Made by a program: the position numbers and the translations under genes
Shown here: piece after piece, positions 26,690 to 39,625 of the stretch
Position numbering within the stretch: the stretch's first letter is position 1
Layout: each line of letters starts with the position of its first letter
The notes under the pieces: model-generated
Told to the model about the DNA's origin: nothing
Databases searched by the model: none
The model's input: only the letters and a program-made list of their open reading frames with translations
NCBI GenBank assembly: GCA_964187785.1
Contig: OZ076421.1
Location: forward strand, 7,626,001 to 7,690,000
Direction: 5' to 3'
Length of the DNA: 64,000 nt
Source of the DNA: Amphiscolops sp. MND2022
Taxonomy: Eukaryota

Positions 26690-29600
26690 TCAAAAAAAAT
26701 TAGAGAGTACAAATGGAGATGACATAAAAAATGAATACCAATAGAAACTAAAAGTAGTTCTTTTCTTTATTTCAATTAAAAACATTGTATAAATAGAAAA
26801 CTTCCCAAGAGGAGGGGTTTTGTGAGAACTCCATCTCTCAGAACAATTCTTTTTGGATAAAAAGATGACAACCCTCGCATTGTTTGTTCGTATGTACAGA
26901 CTGAATTGTGAATTGTTCGGAACCCACGAATCGTAGATTGAACATTCGTTTTTCCTCAAGAACTGCAATTCTGTATTTTTGCAGTGGTCCTGTGCCAGTT
27001 TCCTCCAGAGTTCTTTTGTTGAGACAGTTGCTACTGAACTTGATTTTTCTGTTTTCTGATCGAAGCACCAATAAGTTTTACTGCACAGACAAATCATTGA
27101 GGTACAGCATAATTCCTCTTTGAAAAGTCCAGGTTCTCGCTTATCGTGCTTGATATGTTCGTTACAACAAGTTCGTGGGAAGAAGTTACTGGACGAGTTG
27201 GCGGAACAGTTGTTGCTACAATCGTTTTTTCTAACCTTGATCCAAGTTTTTGTCATTTCAGGTTTTATACAGTCTTCCAGGGATTGTTGCGCTAGAGCTA
27301 GGTAGAAAGAATCAATATCCATTTCCATCACTTCAAATGAATTGAAGTGACAAAACTTCAGGAAACAGAAAATTGAGCCTTTTGAAAATTTGCTGTTTAT
27401 AACTTTCTGTGCTTTTTCATCGTTCAGATCTTAAATGATTCTGTGTCGGCTACTGTCCATGATCTGATATCCGTAGGAGCTATTAGCCAAGTGTTTCATC
27501 GTCTCTGCTACAACACGGGAATGTGGATTTTCGTCACCCTGTCTCCGAGCATTCACTGCAGATTGAACAAAGCTTCTGAAGCAATTCAGGGGATTATACT
27601 GAACGAAACGATAAGTTTGAGTACATTCTAGACCAAGATTTAGGGAAAAATCTTTTGTGGGTTGCAAACTTTTCTTTTGAAATGTCTGGAACACTTATAT
27701 CACACTGAACGTAACCTAATAGTTCCCCACTACGAATGCGATGGAGCAAAATTTTAAAGCTCAAAGGGCATTTGAAAAAAAAATTTGATCGCACAAAAGA
27801 CTTGATGTCATCGGTTTCTCTGAGATTTTGTTTCCATCCACATTCCAACTTTTCTATTAAAGAATACACTCACAAAAATGATAAAAGCATCAGAAAGCCT
27901 CAAGAATTGTGTCGTAGTGATCACAAAAACCATCAACGCTGAAGCAATTAATTTTTTTCTGAGTTCCTATTGTGTAGAAGCTCTCTATTGTGCAGTCTGG
28001 GCAGTAGTTTTGGAAATAAGCCTTAACCATGTTTTCAAACGATCGTGCTTTGTTTGTTCTTGGCTTGAATCGTTGCAATTCAGCATCGAACTCCCAGCGG
28101 ATGTACAACCCAGTAGGCATCGGTTGACACATTGCATAAGGGTAGAGTTGGCTAGCATTAATACCCACGATTGATTTGCAAACATTCGCTGAAGATCGTA
28201 TTTTTGCTTCACCAACTACCGCTTTCGGTGTGAAAACAATTGATTGTCCACCCACCATATCTACTCTCACTTTCTCAAACAAATCATTATCACCTTCGGG
28301 GAATGGGTAGAACTTTGCACTTGCTGAGCTATGAAGGCAGATGTTTGCTATGTTTGGTAAGGTACAACCCAGCTTCAACATATCAATACCCTTTCCGTTA
28401 TAGAAGTGAATCATTTTTTCATAGCCTCCAAAGTAGGTACAACATCCTTGTTATTGTACCACAGAAGATCGTCTTTGAAGGATTGCATTCCTTGACTATT
28501 CTATACCTGCTGCAAGTACACATAGTTTTCTTCACCTGTTGGAGCAATTTCCAAAAGTTTGAGTTTTCGAAGAGCCTCTTCACTGCTGCATCCAGCTTTG
28601 AAAAAATTCTGATAACCGGAAAAGGTTTTATCGAGCGGGTGGCAGTTACGCAAGCGGCTATAAAACGCGTCGTACGAGAGTAGTGATTGATGTGACAGTT
28701 TTTCAACTTTATCAAACCACTCATAAGGAAAATAACCCTTGGTTTCACTTTTTTGTATGCTCTAAGAAAAGAATCAAGACTTCAATCAGTTGCACCTCCA
28801 AGGAAACTCAAGTATCCAGGAACTGAATCTTTCCAAACTTGAAAGATACAAACTGCTTTGCTTTCTCGATAATTGTTGGTTTAATTCTTTTCTCATCAAC
28901 TTGTAGAGGAACGAAGTACGCGTTTATCAAGTTCAGATCACCATTGGAGCTGTTGAAACCAAAGAAAGGTAGAGTGTTGACATAACGCTCGAAATGCTCC
29001 TGAAGCTCAATTAGTCTAGTTTTGTGGGTGTGAAGAAACTGTGTCGATGCAGTTACTTCTTCATCGTTGTCATTATCGGTTTCGCATAAGGACTCTGCGT
29101 GCTGTTCTGAGGAAGATGACATTGTCTTTTTTCTTTTATTGATCGCTGACATTACACGTTCTAGTTTTCTTTTGATGGTCGAACCACTTTCATGATAGTT
29201 GAGGCTCATTTCGAGTTTACTTTTCTCTGCAAGATTTTCGAGAGTGGCTACGAAGGTAGATACTAGTGAGTGAGGATCAGGGTCACAAATAAAAATTGGT
29301 TCTTGAAAATGATTTGACGTTATTGAGACTGAGATGGGTTCATGTTTGCCAACCCAAGTAGTAGTTTCTGTATCAATAAGAGATGAATTTTCAACACAAA
29401 TGGATTCAAAATCAAAAACAGCAAAATTGTTGAAGAGAGAGAGATTGGTCTGATGCAAACTTGATATCGAAAGCTCTTAGTTTATCGAAAGCGTTTCACG
29501 AAGTTGATAGACTGTTTTTGGATAGATGTTTTTAAACAGCTCGTCACATTTAGGTAAAATTCTCTGCGTGTTTCCACTTCTCCTGAAACACTTGTCACAT

Positions 29601-30808
29601 GCCGGGCAGCGAAAGGCCTTGAAGACTTTATTTACATCAGTGACATAGCAAAAATGATTGTTGTAGCCCAGTAAAGTAGCTGTTGAGTTGAATCTCTGCA
29701 AAGATCGTTGGGCATTTTCAACGACAACTCCATTTTCTGATACTTCAATATCATATACTAAGATGTTCACCTTTGATAGATCTTCAACGACGTGAATATC
29801 TTCCAGAGCAACTCCTCGAAAATTTTTAACAGACAAGTTCGAATTGATGTCGAGCATGGCGTTCAAGAGCTGAGACGTTTCCCCCTCTTATCTTTCCGTT
29901 CCTGACTTGTGCACACAAACTGCTCTCAACAAGCATAAATTGTCATTGTAACGTTCTTTGTTCGCCTTGTAAGCCTTGTAAGGGCAGCAGTTGACGTCTG
30001 CACGTTTGACTAGGTGAGGCGGTAATAAAACATCTTTGCAACCAACAGGAATGGTCTTGAGTAATGCTGCAAAAAATGTCACGTTCGTAGCAAATAAGAA
30101 CTTCCACTTGGTTGAAGATCTCTCTCGCGCGTTCGGTTCTACAGTATTCAGTTCGTCTAAACTCTTCTGCAACTCCAACAAGTTTTCTTTGTTAGCAACC
30201 TATTGTGACCTTTCCAGAAATAAATTGTTCTCATGTGCATAAAAATAACGATATTTTCCATCTTCAATGTTACGAAGAACAAACCCGGGCACCATATTAA
30301 ATTTTGGCGCACATTGTAAATTCTCGTAAACATGTTGCAATTTGACCTTAAGGAAAGATGGATTAATACGATTTGAAGCGAAATTGAAAACGTGTTGCCT
30401 ACCTCTAACAAGCTCAGAATCAACCAAAAAGTGTTTACACGTTGTAAGTTCTTCGCGTAGTCCTTGATCGCGATGAGCACTGATAAACAAGTCCAGGTCT
30501 ACTTTGACGTCTTGAATTCGTGATCGCTTGCCATGCTCAGATTTTTTGTGTTTCTGCAACGAGTTATAGCCGGGAAATTCTTTTTCACAACTTGAGCACT
30601 TCGTCCGTCTATCTGGATATGACACTGCATGCTTCGTGCCAATATGGTGATTGAGTTCCTTTTGCGTCTGGCAGTAAAAGTTGGGACATTGGAGACATGT
30701 TTCTGTACCTCTAGTACAAGATTTTCTGTGACGGGATAAGTTCGTTTTGCTAACTGTTGTTCCGTTGTAACTGCAAATAACTTTTACTTTTCGGTTGACA
30801 AAAGGCAT
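26690..30808 (-). pseudogene. polB: Protein-primed family-B DNA polymerase (pPolB), fragmented by stops and frameshifts
   Basis: Colinear fragments: N-terminal C2H2-like fingers (30200-30808), ExoI FAVFDFES and ExoII FFGFNSSNGDLNLI (28808-29458), motif A GINASQLYP (D>N; 27890-28414), motif B KHLANSSYGYQIMD (27431-27694), motif C EMDIDS (DTDS decayed), and C-terminal EPGLFKEE..CLCSKTY (26690-27331). Confidence 0.93.
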
Positions 30809-31136
30809 GATAGCAACTTACTCCAAGTAGCATAAAAAAACAAAAATGAAAAGATATTAATTCAATACGAGTAGGAGGCAATCATCGATCGAAAATCGAT
30901 TGCCTTGCCAGAAAAGGAAACGCTTGTAGCGTGGGTGTGAAACTGATCATAAAAGGACGTGCAAAGCTTGAACTAGAGAGGTTGAATAACAATTGAACCA
31001 AGAATGTTTGATGTGAAAATAACGTCAATGACCACTTTTTTCCTCGCTAGCCCTATTATAGTAAAAATCCAGCTAGCTTAGTAATTCTTGATGAGTGCGT
31101 CTCACATGTGACGCGCTACATACATGGTAAATATCA

Positions 31137-34100
31137 GAACCTTACCACCACCTAGTGTAACTTCATAGATGTGGAAAATGAGAAAAAGGTTAGAGAATGA
31201 CGTCATTGACCACTTTTTCGCTCGCTAGCCCTTTCATAGTGAAAATCCAGCAAGTCGCCTAATACTCAGCGAGTGCGTAGTATATGGAACGCGCTACGTA
31301 AATGCAAATTTTCAGAACCCTGCGACCACCTACTGTAACGTTATGGACATGGAAAGTGAGAAATCAGACAAGGAATGACGTCATTGACCACTTCTTTCCT
31401 CCCTAGCATTTTCATAGTAAAAATCCAGCAAGCTGCTTAATATTCAGCGAGTGCTTAGTACATGTGACGCGCTACATACACGCAATCTTTTAGAACCCTA
31501 CGACCACCTAGTGTAACTTTATGGAATTAGAAAGTGACAGTCTTGACCACTTTTTTCCTTGCTAGCCCTTTCATAGTAAAAATCAAGCAAGCCTGTTGAA
31601 ACTCGGCACACGCGCCTAACCTATTGCACGCTACTTGCATGCAAAATTCCCAAGTGATCCAAGCGTTGTAAGTTTCTTTTCTCATGACTAATCTTTCCCG
31701 TATATAGAATAGAGTTTCAACCTTTAGTTGTGTGTTACACTGAACGCTTTCATCCATATTTGGAAGTTCATGTGTACAGCCAAACGTTTCTTGGCGAAAT
31801 TTTGAATACACTGAGAACAACTGTACCTTAATTTCAGACAACACATCATGCTCTAACTTGAAAAAAACAGATTCTGACAAGTGGTGCCAGAAAGTCTAAA
31901 GAATTAAATGAAGTGAAAAGTTTTTTCACTCAACAAAAAAGGATTAATTATGAACAAAACAATGCTTTTGATGATTATATTGAGGACGCGTAGGATATTT
32001 GTACAAAATTGATTGAAAAAGGAATAACCTTACTCTAAAAGGAATAGATTGTGACATGTGGTGCCAGAATGTCTAACAAAACCAATCAAGTGGAACGATT
32101 GCCTTCCAGTCATGACAATGTGTTCGGAGAAAAAGACAATTTAATTAAAACTGACATACGCGTGAAGACACGTTGTCTTGAGAAATGTTATTAAGCAGAA
32201 CGGTTTTCCCAGCGTGTGGAGACCTTTGTCTGGAAAATGCATTGAAGTGGAACAATTTCGGCGACCGCTTGTCTGAAGGAATTGTTCAAGTTGAACCTTA
32301 CCACCACCTAGTGTAACTTCATAGATGTGGAAAATGAGAAAACAGTTAGAGAATGACGTCATTGACCACTTTTTCGCTCGCTAGCCCTTTCATAGTGAAA
32401 AACCAGCAAGTCGCCTAATACTCAACGAGTGCGTAGTATATGGAACGCGCTACGTAAATGCAAATTTTCAGAACCCTGCGACCACCTACTGTAACGTTAT
32501 GGACATGGAAAGTGAGAAATCAGACAAGGAATGACGTCATTGACCACTTCTTTCCTCCCTAGCATTTTCATAGTAAAAATCCAGCAAGCTGCTTAATATT
32601 CAGCGAGTGCTTAGTACATGTGACGCGCTACATACACGCAATCTTTTAGAACCCTACGACCACCTAGTGTAACTTTATGGAATTAGAAAGTGACAGTCTA
32701 GAGGAGAAGTGACGTCATTGACCACTTTTTTCCTTGCTAGCCCTTTCATAGTAAAAATCAAGCAAGCCTGTTGAAACTCGGCACACGCGCCTAACCTATT
32801 GCACGCTACTTGCATGCAAAATTCCCAAGTGATCCAAGCGTTGTAAGTTTCTTTTTTCATGACTAATCTTTCCCGTATATAGAATAGAGTTTCAACCTTT
32901 AGTTGTGTGTTACACTGAACGCTTTCATCCATATTTGGAAGTTCATGTGTACAGCCAAACGTTTCTTGGCGAAATTTTGAATACACTGAGAACAACTGTA
33001 CCTTAATTTCAGACAACACATCATGCTCTAACTTGAAAAAAACAGATTCTGACAAGTGGTGCCAGAAAGTCTAAAGAATTAAATGAAGTGAAAAGTTTTT
33101 TCACTCAACAAAAAAGGATTAATTATGAACAAAACAATGCTTTTGATGATTATATTGAGGACGCGTAGGATATTTGTACAAAATTGATTGAAAAAGGAAT
33201 AACCTTACTCTAAAAGGAATAGATTGTGACATGTGGTGCCAGAATGTCTAACAAAACCAATCAAGTGGAACGATTGCCTTCCAGTCATGACAATGTGTTC
33301 GGAGAAAAAGACAATTTAATTAAAACTGACATACGCGTGAAGACACGTTGTCTTGAGAAATGTTATTAAGCAGAACGGTTTTCCCAGCGTGTGGAGACCT
33401 TTGTCTGGAAAATGCATTGAAGTGGAACAATTTCGGCGACCGCTTGTCTGAAGGAATTGTTCAAGTTGAACCTTACCACCACCTAGTGTAACTTCATAGA
33501 TGTGGAAAATGAGAAAACAGTTAGAGAATGACGTCATTGACCACTTTTTCGCTCGCTAGCCCTTTCATAGTGAAAAACCAGCAAGTCGCCTAATACTCAG
33601 CGAGTGCGTAGTATATGGAACGCGCTACGTAAATGCAAATTTTCAGAACCCTGCGACCACCTACTGTAACGTTATGGACATGGAAAGTGAGAAATCAGAC
33701 AAGGAATGACGTCATTGACCACTTCTTTCCTCCCTAGCATTTTCATAGTAAAAATCCAGCAAGCTGCTTAATATTCAGCGAGTGCTTAGTACATGTGACG
33801 CGCTACATACACGCAATCTTTTAGAACCCTACGACCACCTAGTGTAACTTTATGGAATTAGAAAGTGACAGTCTAGAGGAGAAGTGACGTCATTGACCAC
33901 TTTTTTCCTTGCTAGCCCTTTCATAGTAAAAATCAAGCAAGCCTGTTGAAACTCGGCACACGCGCCTAACCTATTGCACGCTACTTGCATGCAAAATTCC
34001 CAAGTGATCCAAGCGTTGTAAGTTTCTTTTTTCATGACTAATCTTTCCCGTATATAGAATAGAGTTTCAACCTTTAGTTGTGTGTTACACTGAACGCTTT

Positions 34101-35822
34101 CATCCATATTTGGAAGTTCATGTGTACAGCCAAACGTTTCTTGGCGAAATTTTGAATACACTGAGAACAACTGTACCTTAATTTCAGACAACACATCATG
34201 CTCTAACTTAAAAAAAAACAGATTCTGACAAGTGGTGCCAGAAAGTCTAAAGAATTAAATGAAGTGAAAAGTTTTTTCCCTCAACAAAAAAGGATTAATT
34301 ATGAACAAAACAATGCTTTTGATGATTATATTGAGGACGCGTGGGATATTTGTACAAAAATGATTGAAAAAGGAATAACCTTACTCTAAAAGGAATAGAT
34401 TGTGACATGTGGTGTCAGAATGTCTAACAAAACCAATCAAGTGGAACGATTGCCTTCCAGTCATGACAATGTGTTCGGAGAAAAAGACAATTTAATTAAA
34501 ACTGACATACGCGTGAAGACACGTTGTCTTGAGAAATGTTATTAAGCAGAACGGTTTTCCCAGCGTGTGGAGACCTTTGTCTGGAAAATGCATTGAAGTG
34601 GAACAATTTCGGCGACCGCTTGTCTGAAGGAATTGTTCAAGTTGAACCTTACCACCACCTAGTGTAACTTCATAGATGTGGAAAATGAGAAAACAGTTAG
34701 AGAATGACGTCATTGACCACTTTTTCGCTCGCTAGCCCTCTCATAGTGAAAGTCCAGCAAGTCGCCTAAAACTCAGCGAGTGCGTAGTATATGGAACGCG
34801 CTACGTAAATGCAAATTTTCAGAACCCTGCGACCACCTACTGTAACGTTATGGACATGGAAAGTGAGAAATCAGACAAGGAATGACGTCATTGACCACTT
34901 CTTTCCTCCCTAGCATTTTCATAGTAAAAATCCAGCAAGCTGCTTAATATTCAGCGAGTGCTTAGTACATGTGACGCGCTACATACACGCAATCTTTTAG
35001 AACCCTACGACCACCTAGTGTAACTTTATGGAATTAGAAAGTGACAGTCTAGATGAGAAGTGACGTCATTGACCACTTTTTTCCTTGCTAGCCCTTTCAT
35101 AGTAAAAATCAAGCAAGCCTATTGAAACTCGGCACACGCGCCTAACCTATTGCACGCTACTTGCATGCAAAATTCCCAAGTGATCCAAGCGTTGTAAGTT
35201 TCTTTTTTCATGACTAATCTTTCCCGTATATAGAATAGAGTTTCAACCTTTAGTTGTGTGTTACACTGAACGCTTTCATCCATATTTGGAAGTTCATGTG
35301 TACAGCCAAACGTTTCTTGGCGAAATTTTGAATACACTGAGAACAACTGTACCTTAGTTTCAGACAACACATCATGCTCTAACTTAAAAAAAACAGATTA
35401 TGACAAGTGGTGCCAGAAAGTCTAAAGAATTAAATGAAGTGAAAAGTTTTTTCCCTCAACAAAAGAGGATTAATTATGAACAAAACAATGCTTTTGATGA
35501 TTATATTGAGGACGCGTGGGATATTTGTACAAAATTGATTGAAAAAGGAATAACCTTACTCTAAAAGGAATAGATTGTGACATGTGGTGCCAGAATGTCT
35601 AACAAAACGAATCAAGTGGAACGATTGCCTTCCAGTCATGACAATGTGTTCGGAGAAAAAGACAATTTAATTAAAACTGACATACGCGTGAAGACACGTT
35701 GTCTTGAGAAATGTTATTAAGCAGAACGGTTTTCCCAGCGTGTGGAGACCTTTGTCTGGAAAATACATTGAAGTGGAACAATTTCGGCGACCGCTTGTCT
35801 GAAGGAATTGTTCAAGTTGAAC
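31137..35822. repeat. Higher-order tandem array: 4 x ~1.175-kb units, each with three ~178-bp monomers
   Basis: Units start gaaccttaccacc at 31137, 32293, 33468 and 34644 and end at 35822 (periods 1156/1175/1176/1175; unit 1 lacks 19 bp). Monomer motif tgacgtcattgaccac occurs e.g. at 32354, 32532, 32710. Confidence 0.95.
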
Positions 35823-36122
35823 TTGATCTGTTAGAACTTGTGAGCACTGGCTGGGAAAAAACTAATTGAAAAGAATATCTTTCAACACGACACGTGATTA
35901 TCGCGGAAATTAATCATGCGTAACAATGCAACAGACTATATGTAAACACATTTGACTTCTGACGATAAAAAGAAATATGTTCAACAACATTTTAATATAA
36001 TTTTTTTTTAATCTGATACAGCTCAACCAATAAAAAAAGGTGATCAAGTGAAAATAACAATTTATAGTTTTGCTGCTGGTTGAAAGATCAAGTATTTACT
36101 ACAGTTCGTACAAAAAGGATAG

Positions 36123-36754
36123 TTGATGTCTTTGAAAAACCAACTACCAGCACTGTTCACATTATACAATATAAACGAAGAAATTCCAGAGAACTTTTTA
36201 GACGAGAGTGACATCGACTCTTACTTCTTCTACAGCATTTTAAACATTTCAACTGTAGAAGGCCGACTATTACGTTTGAGCAGAAGCTCCAATAAAAACT
36301 TGTTCATTTTCAAACTTTTCAATTTCGATTCTTCCAAATCAACACAGCAATATTTACTTGCCGAAGAATTAACTGTGTCTTGAAAAAAACTAATCGCATT
36401 TTTTATCATATGAAAGATTTTCTCGACCAATACGGGAGGGTGAAGAAGTTGAATTACTACAGATTACGCCTAAATATCTTAATGGTTATTCCTTCGGAGC
36501 AGACGATCTCTTCTGTCTTCACGTCCATGAAATACGAGAGAATTCGTCACGTCACATCCGATTATCTCTCTGTCCGCGAACTCGACAATAATTGGCTCTT
36601 CTCAATCAAAAAATTAAACCCAATAGGAGATCAGTTTCAAATGGCTGAAATTATCGATTTACACCATACTGAAACATTGAAATTATTCACCAGTCGATCT
36701 TTCATTTTATCCACATTTTGTACTGGAAATCACTACAATCTCAAAACCAATTGA
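36123..36754 (+). pseudogene. Polinton accessory ORF, split by a frameshift (hypothetical)
   Basis: Overlapping ORFs 36123-36383 and 36380-36754 with coding-like composition; no family recognised with confidence. Confidence 0.55.
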
Positions 36755-37008
36755 ATTCATTCTTTTCAATTCGCTTAAATTTTATCCCCTAATTTCTATT
36801 CGTTGAATCTAAAATCTACAAGGTTGAGGCAACTTTCACAAAATTTACTATTGGACTTCATTATTTATCCAACCACTCCAGAATCAACACGCACGTTTAT
36901 CAACATTTCTTAGGAATCACTCAAAGTAAACAGTATTGCAATTGGATCTTCGCAATTTCGAACGGACAACGGAACTGGTCTTTAGAGTTTGGACCGGACT
37001 CAGTTTGT

Positions 37009-37599
37009 TTGGAAGTTCGATCCGTTCCCAATGACTCCATTGAAAATTCAATAGAAATACCTCTGTCAGTGTGGAATCTTCTGGAGAGCCAGAGACTACG
37101 ATTCATAGAGGAAGCTTTAACTCGGGGTCCACCGACGCCGAGAAACAAGGACCATACGAGGTTCATGAAATACTACCCGATGTGCAAGACCCGATCAGAG
37201 GCTGGGAAGGACAAGAGATAGTGATCGACAACGCCTCCACTTCAGACTTGGGGATTTGCGACACTGTCCCCAACGGGTACTAGTTGAACTGCTAGATCGT
37301 CACTATCACACAATTTATTCGATTTAGCTGTTAATCGCTATGGTTTTGACCATCCAGTCTTTGACGACGACGATAGCACGGAGGAAGTTGTCATGGAAGA
37401 CAATGATGACGATGACAGCGACGATGATTACAACGATGAAAACAAACAATATGTTCCGCCTGCAACTTCAACACCCGAGCAAAGTGTTGGAAATCAACGT
37501 CCACCGGGTCAACTGAGAAGAAGCACAGGTTTTCTTTTTGACCGATTGGAAAACATTCCACAATCTGTCTTAAGATCTTTTCACCGTAAATTTTTATAA
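37009..37599 (+). pseudogene. Polinton accessory ORF fragments with an acidic tract (hypothetical)
   Basis: Short consecutive ORFs including DDDDSDDDYNDE. Confidence 0.4.
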
Positions 37600-37949
37600 T
37601 GAACAACTTTGTTCATTTTTCGTCTCGTCAGATTTCAATGTATCAAATATATCTATTTTTTGCATACTTGAGCTAAAGGTATTTTATCAATGACGTAGAA
37701 GTCTACATTTAATCTTCATGAAGAACAGACTGTTGTATGTAGTTGAAAATTTTACGGTGTTGAAAGATGTGAAAACTCACTGTATGAATTTGCAAGTTTA
37801 GGAAAATAAACACAAGGATAGCGTCGAAATTTTAAAACAAAACAAAAAAGTTTTGAAAAACTTGAGTTGTTGATTTTTTTGGGCGAAGGTCTGACATGTT
37901 GATTTTTTATTTGCGAATAAACTGACGTGTTGAAAAAAAATGATACAAA

Positions 37950-38656
37950 GATAATGTTTATTGTATATCACTTGGTACTTCTGAAAACAAGACATTATTT
38001 GCAAGGTTTTATTTTAAATGAAACTGGATGACTCTCATGACTACCATAACCATCAAGGAAACAATCAATTATTATCATGTGTTCAAGGTCGAATTTTGTT
38101 GTTTTTCTGACACGTTCAATTCTCTCCACAAAAACTGACCCACTCGTCTGAATTTATGTTGAATTCTGAATTGATGTCAGCATGTGCTTCTTGAATTTCT
38201 TGCGGAGGAGTCTCTTCTTAGCAATGCTGGGGATATTGTCCACCCCTTTATTGAGCTTGTTGAAAGAAACTGCTCTCTCTCTACTGTATCGAAAATTTCT
38301 CCAGACTTTAACACAACACTGCCGCTAAATCTGTGTTTATATAAAGTGGAAAAACAGTCAACTCGTTGGAAATTGAAACAAAAGCGATCTAGTTTGGTGA
38401 AAAGACCATTCAAATCTTTATCTGCAATCAGTAGTATATGGTATTGACAATATTTCAAAGAACAAAAAGTAGAATCATGGGCAGCAACGCAATAGTCACG
38501 GGTCACCAAAAAGTTTTCATAATTGTCACTAGAGATAAATGGAGAATTTTCAGAGAAATTTCGAAAGTAACTTGGTATAGCTTGTAACATCACTGCAGCC
38601 ATTACTTTTCTACCCAAATGAAAAAGTCTGAATTCGAACAATGCGGATTTTAACAC
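37950..38656 (-). pseudogene. Polinton accessory gene with candidate HUH-endonuclease motif
   Basis: ORF 38177-38656 contains YCVAAHDSTFCSLKYCQYHILL and a downstream LYK. After a frameshift the frame continues (AVSFNKLNK..KKRLLRKKFKK...DLEHMIIIDCFLDGYG). Confidence 0.4.
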
Positions 38657-38730
38657 AGTGTTAGAAGTGACGTTTTGTTCCGTCTAATGAAAATAGTTTA
38701 TTCTTCACCGACCAAGTTTGATTACTTATC

Positions 38731-38836
38731 AACCAATCAGATTGTGACATGACAAATTGATTTTTGATTAGACAACGAAGTACAATTTTTCACTCAATCC
38801 TTTTCTACCAAAAGTTGTTCAACTTCAACCAATCAG
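38731..38836. promoter_or_regulatory. Paired CCAAT boxes in the divergent intergenic region of the Polinton
   Basis: aaccaatcag at 38731 and 38827, between the minus-strand ORF starting at ~38600-38656 and plus-strand ORFs from ~39200. Confidence 0.35.
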
Positions 38837-39265
38837 AGCTTGGTATGATAAGACGTTTTTGATTCGATTACGACATATAGGAACAATCGAATCTTATCCG
38901 TAATAGGAAAACTAACGAACATGAATTTCCCCAAATAAGGAAGGGAACACGAACGGAACAAAACCGTTCAAAAAGTGTGGTGGGAATCATTATTCGATTT
39001 TGCAAACTCTCATCGAGCTGCTCATTCTTTTCATTTCTCATCTGAAATTATTCTTCTTCGTTCAACAAAACGAACTATAATACGATTGCCTCTTTTGACA
39101 AATTTTCCTGCCCCGATTTTGTGGAGTTCGGGAAATACGAAGACCGATTTGGTAGAATTTTCTGGTCCCAAAATGAAAAAAAAACGACACCAAATACATC
39201 GAAATACAACTGAAAGTGTTCCGAAAAGTCGTCAACGGTGAATTTCGCAAACATCAACAAATCAA

Positions 39266-39625
39266 TTGGGAAGAAGGTTTCAATACTTCTGCTGCTCCGA
39301 AATCAAATTTTTATTGCTGCTGCGGATTTTGCGAAGGATGAGAAACTGGAACCCATTGTCACAGCACCTCTATCCTTCAGCCATCACAATTGTGGATAGA
39401 AGTAGAAGGAAAATCATTGCAACGATGAAGAAGGATTACGTTGAAAAGCCCGAAAATTCCTATGTGCAGATTCGACTCTTCGCAAGAAAAACTGAAAAGA
39501 GGAATTTCAGCAAAGTGTTTTTGTTAATTACAAACTTGATGAATTTCTGTATTTGCTTGATGTCAATAATAATGTATCTGAAAAAGCTTTGTCTAGCCAG
39601 AGTCTTTGTAACATTGTGTAATTGA
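39266..39625 (+). pseudogene. Small accessory ORF, possibly PC4-like ssDNA-binding fold
   Basis: YVEKPENSYVQIRLFARK followed, after a frameshift, by EEFQQSVFVNYKLDEFLYL. Loosely PC4-like 'YVDIR' pattern. Confidence 0.3.

Noticed and set aside
31527-35370. Repeated minus-strand ORFs (MSESVFFKLEHD..., MTSFSNCFLIF...) as a real multicopy gene family
   Set aside because: They recur only because the DNA is tandemly repeated, run into the non-coding monomers, start at TTG/GTG, and are antisense to a longer decayed plus-strand frame.
31137-35822. CRISPR-like repeat-spacer array
   Set aside because: The intervening segments are copies of each other, not unique spacers. Units are 178 and 1175 bp, there are no cas genes, and the context is eukaryotic.
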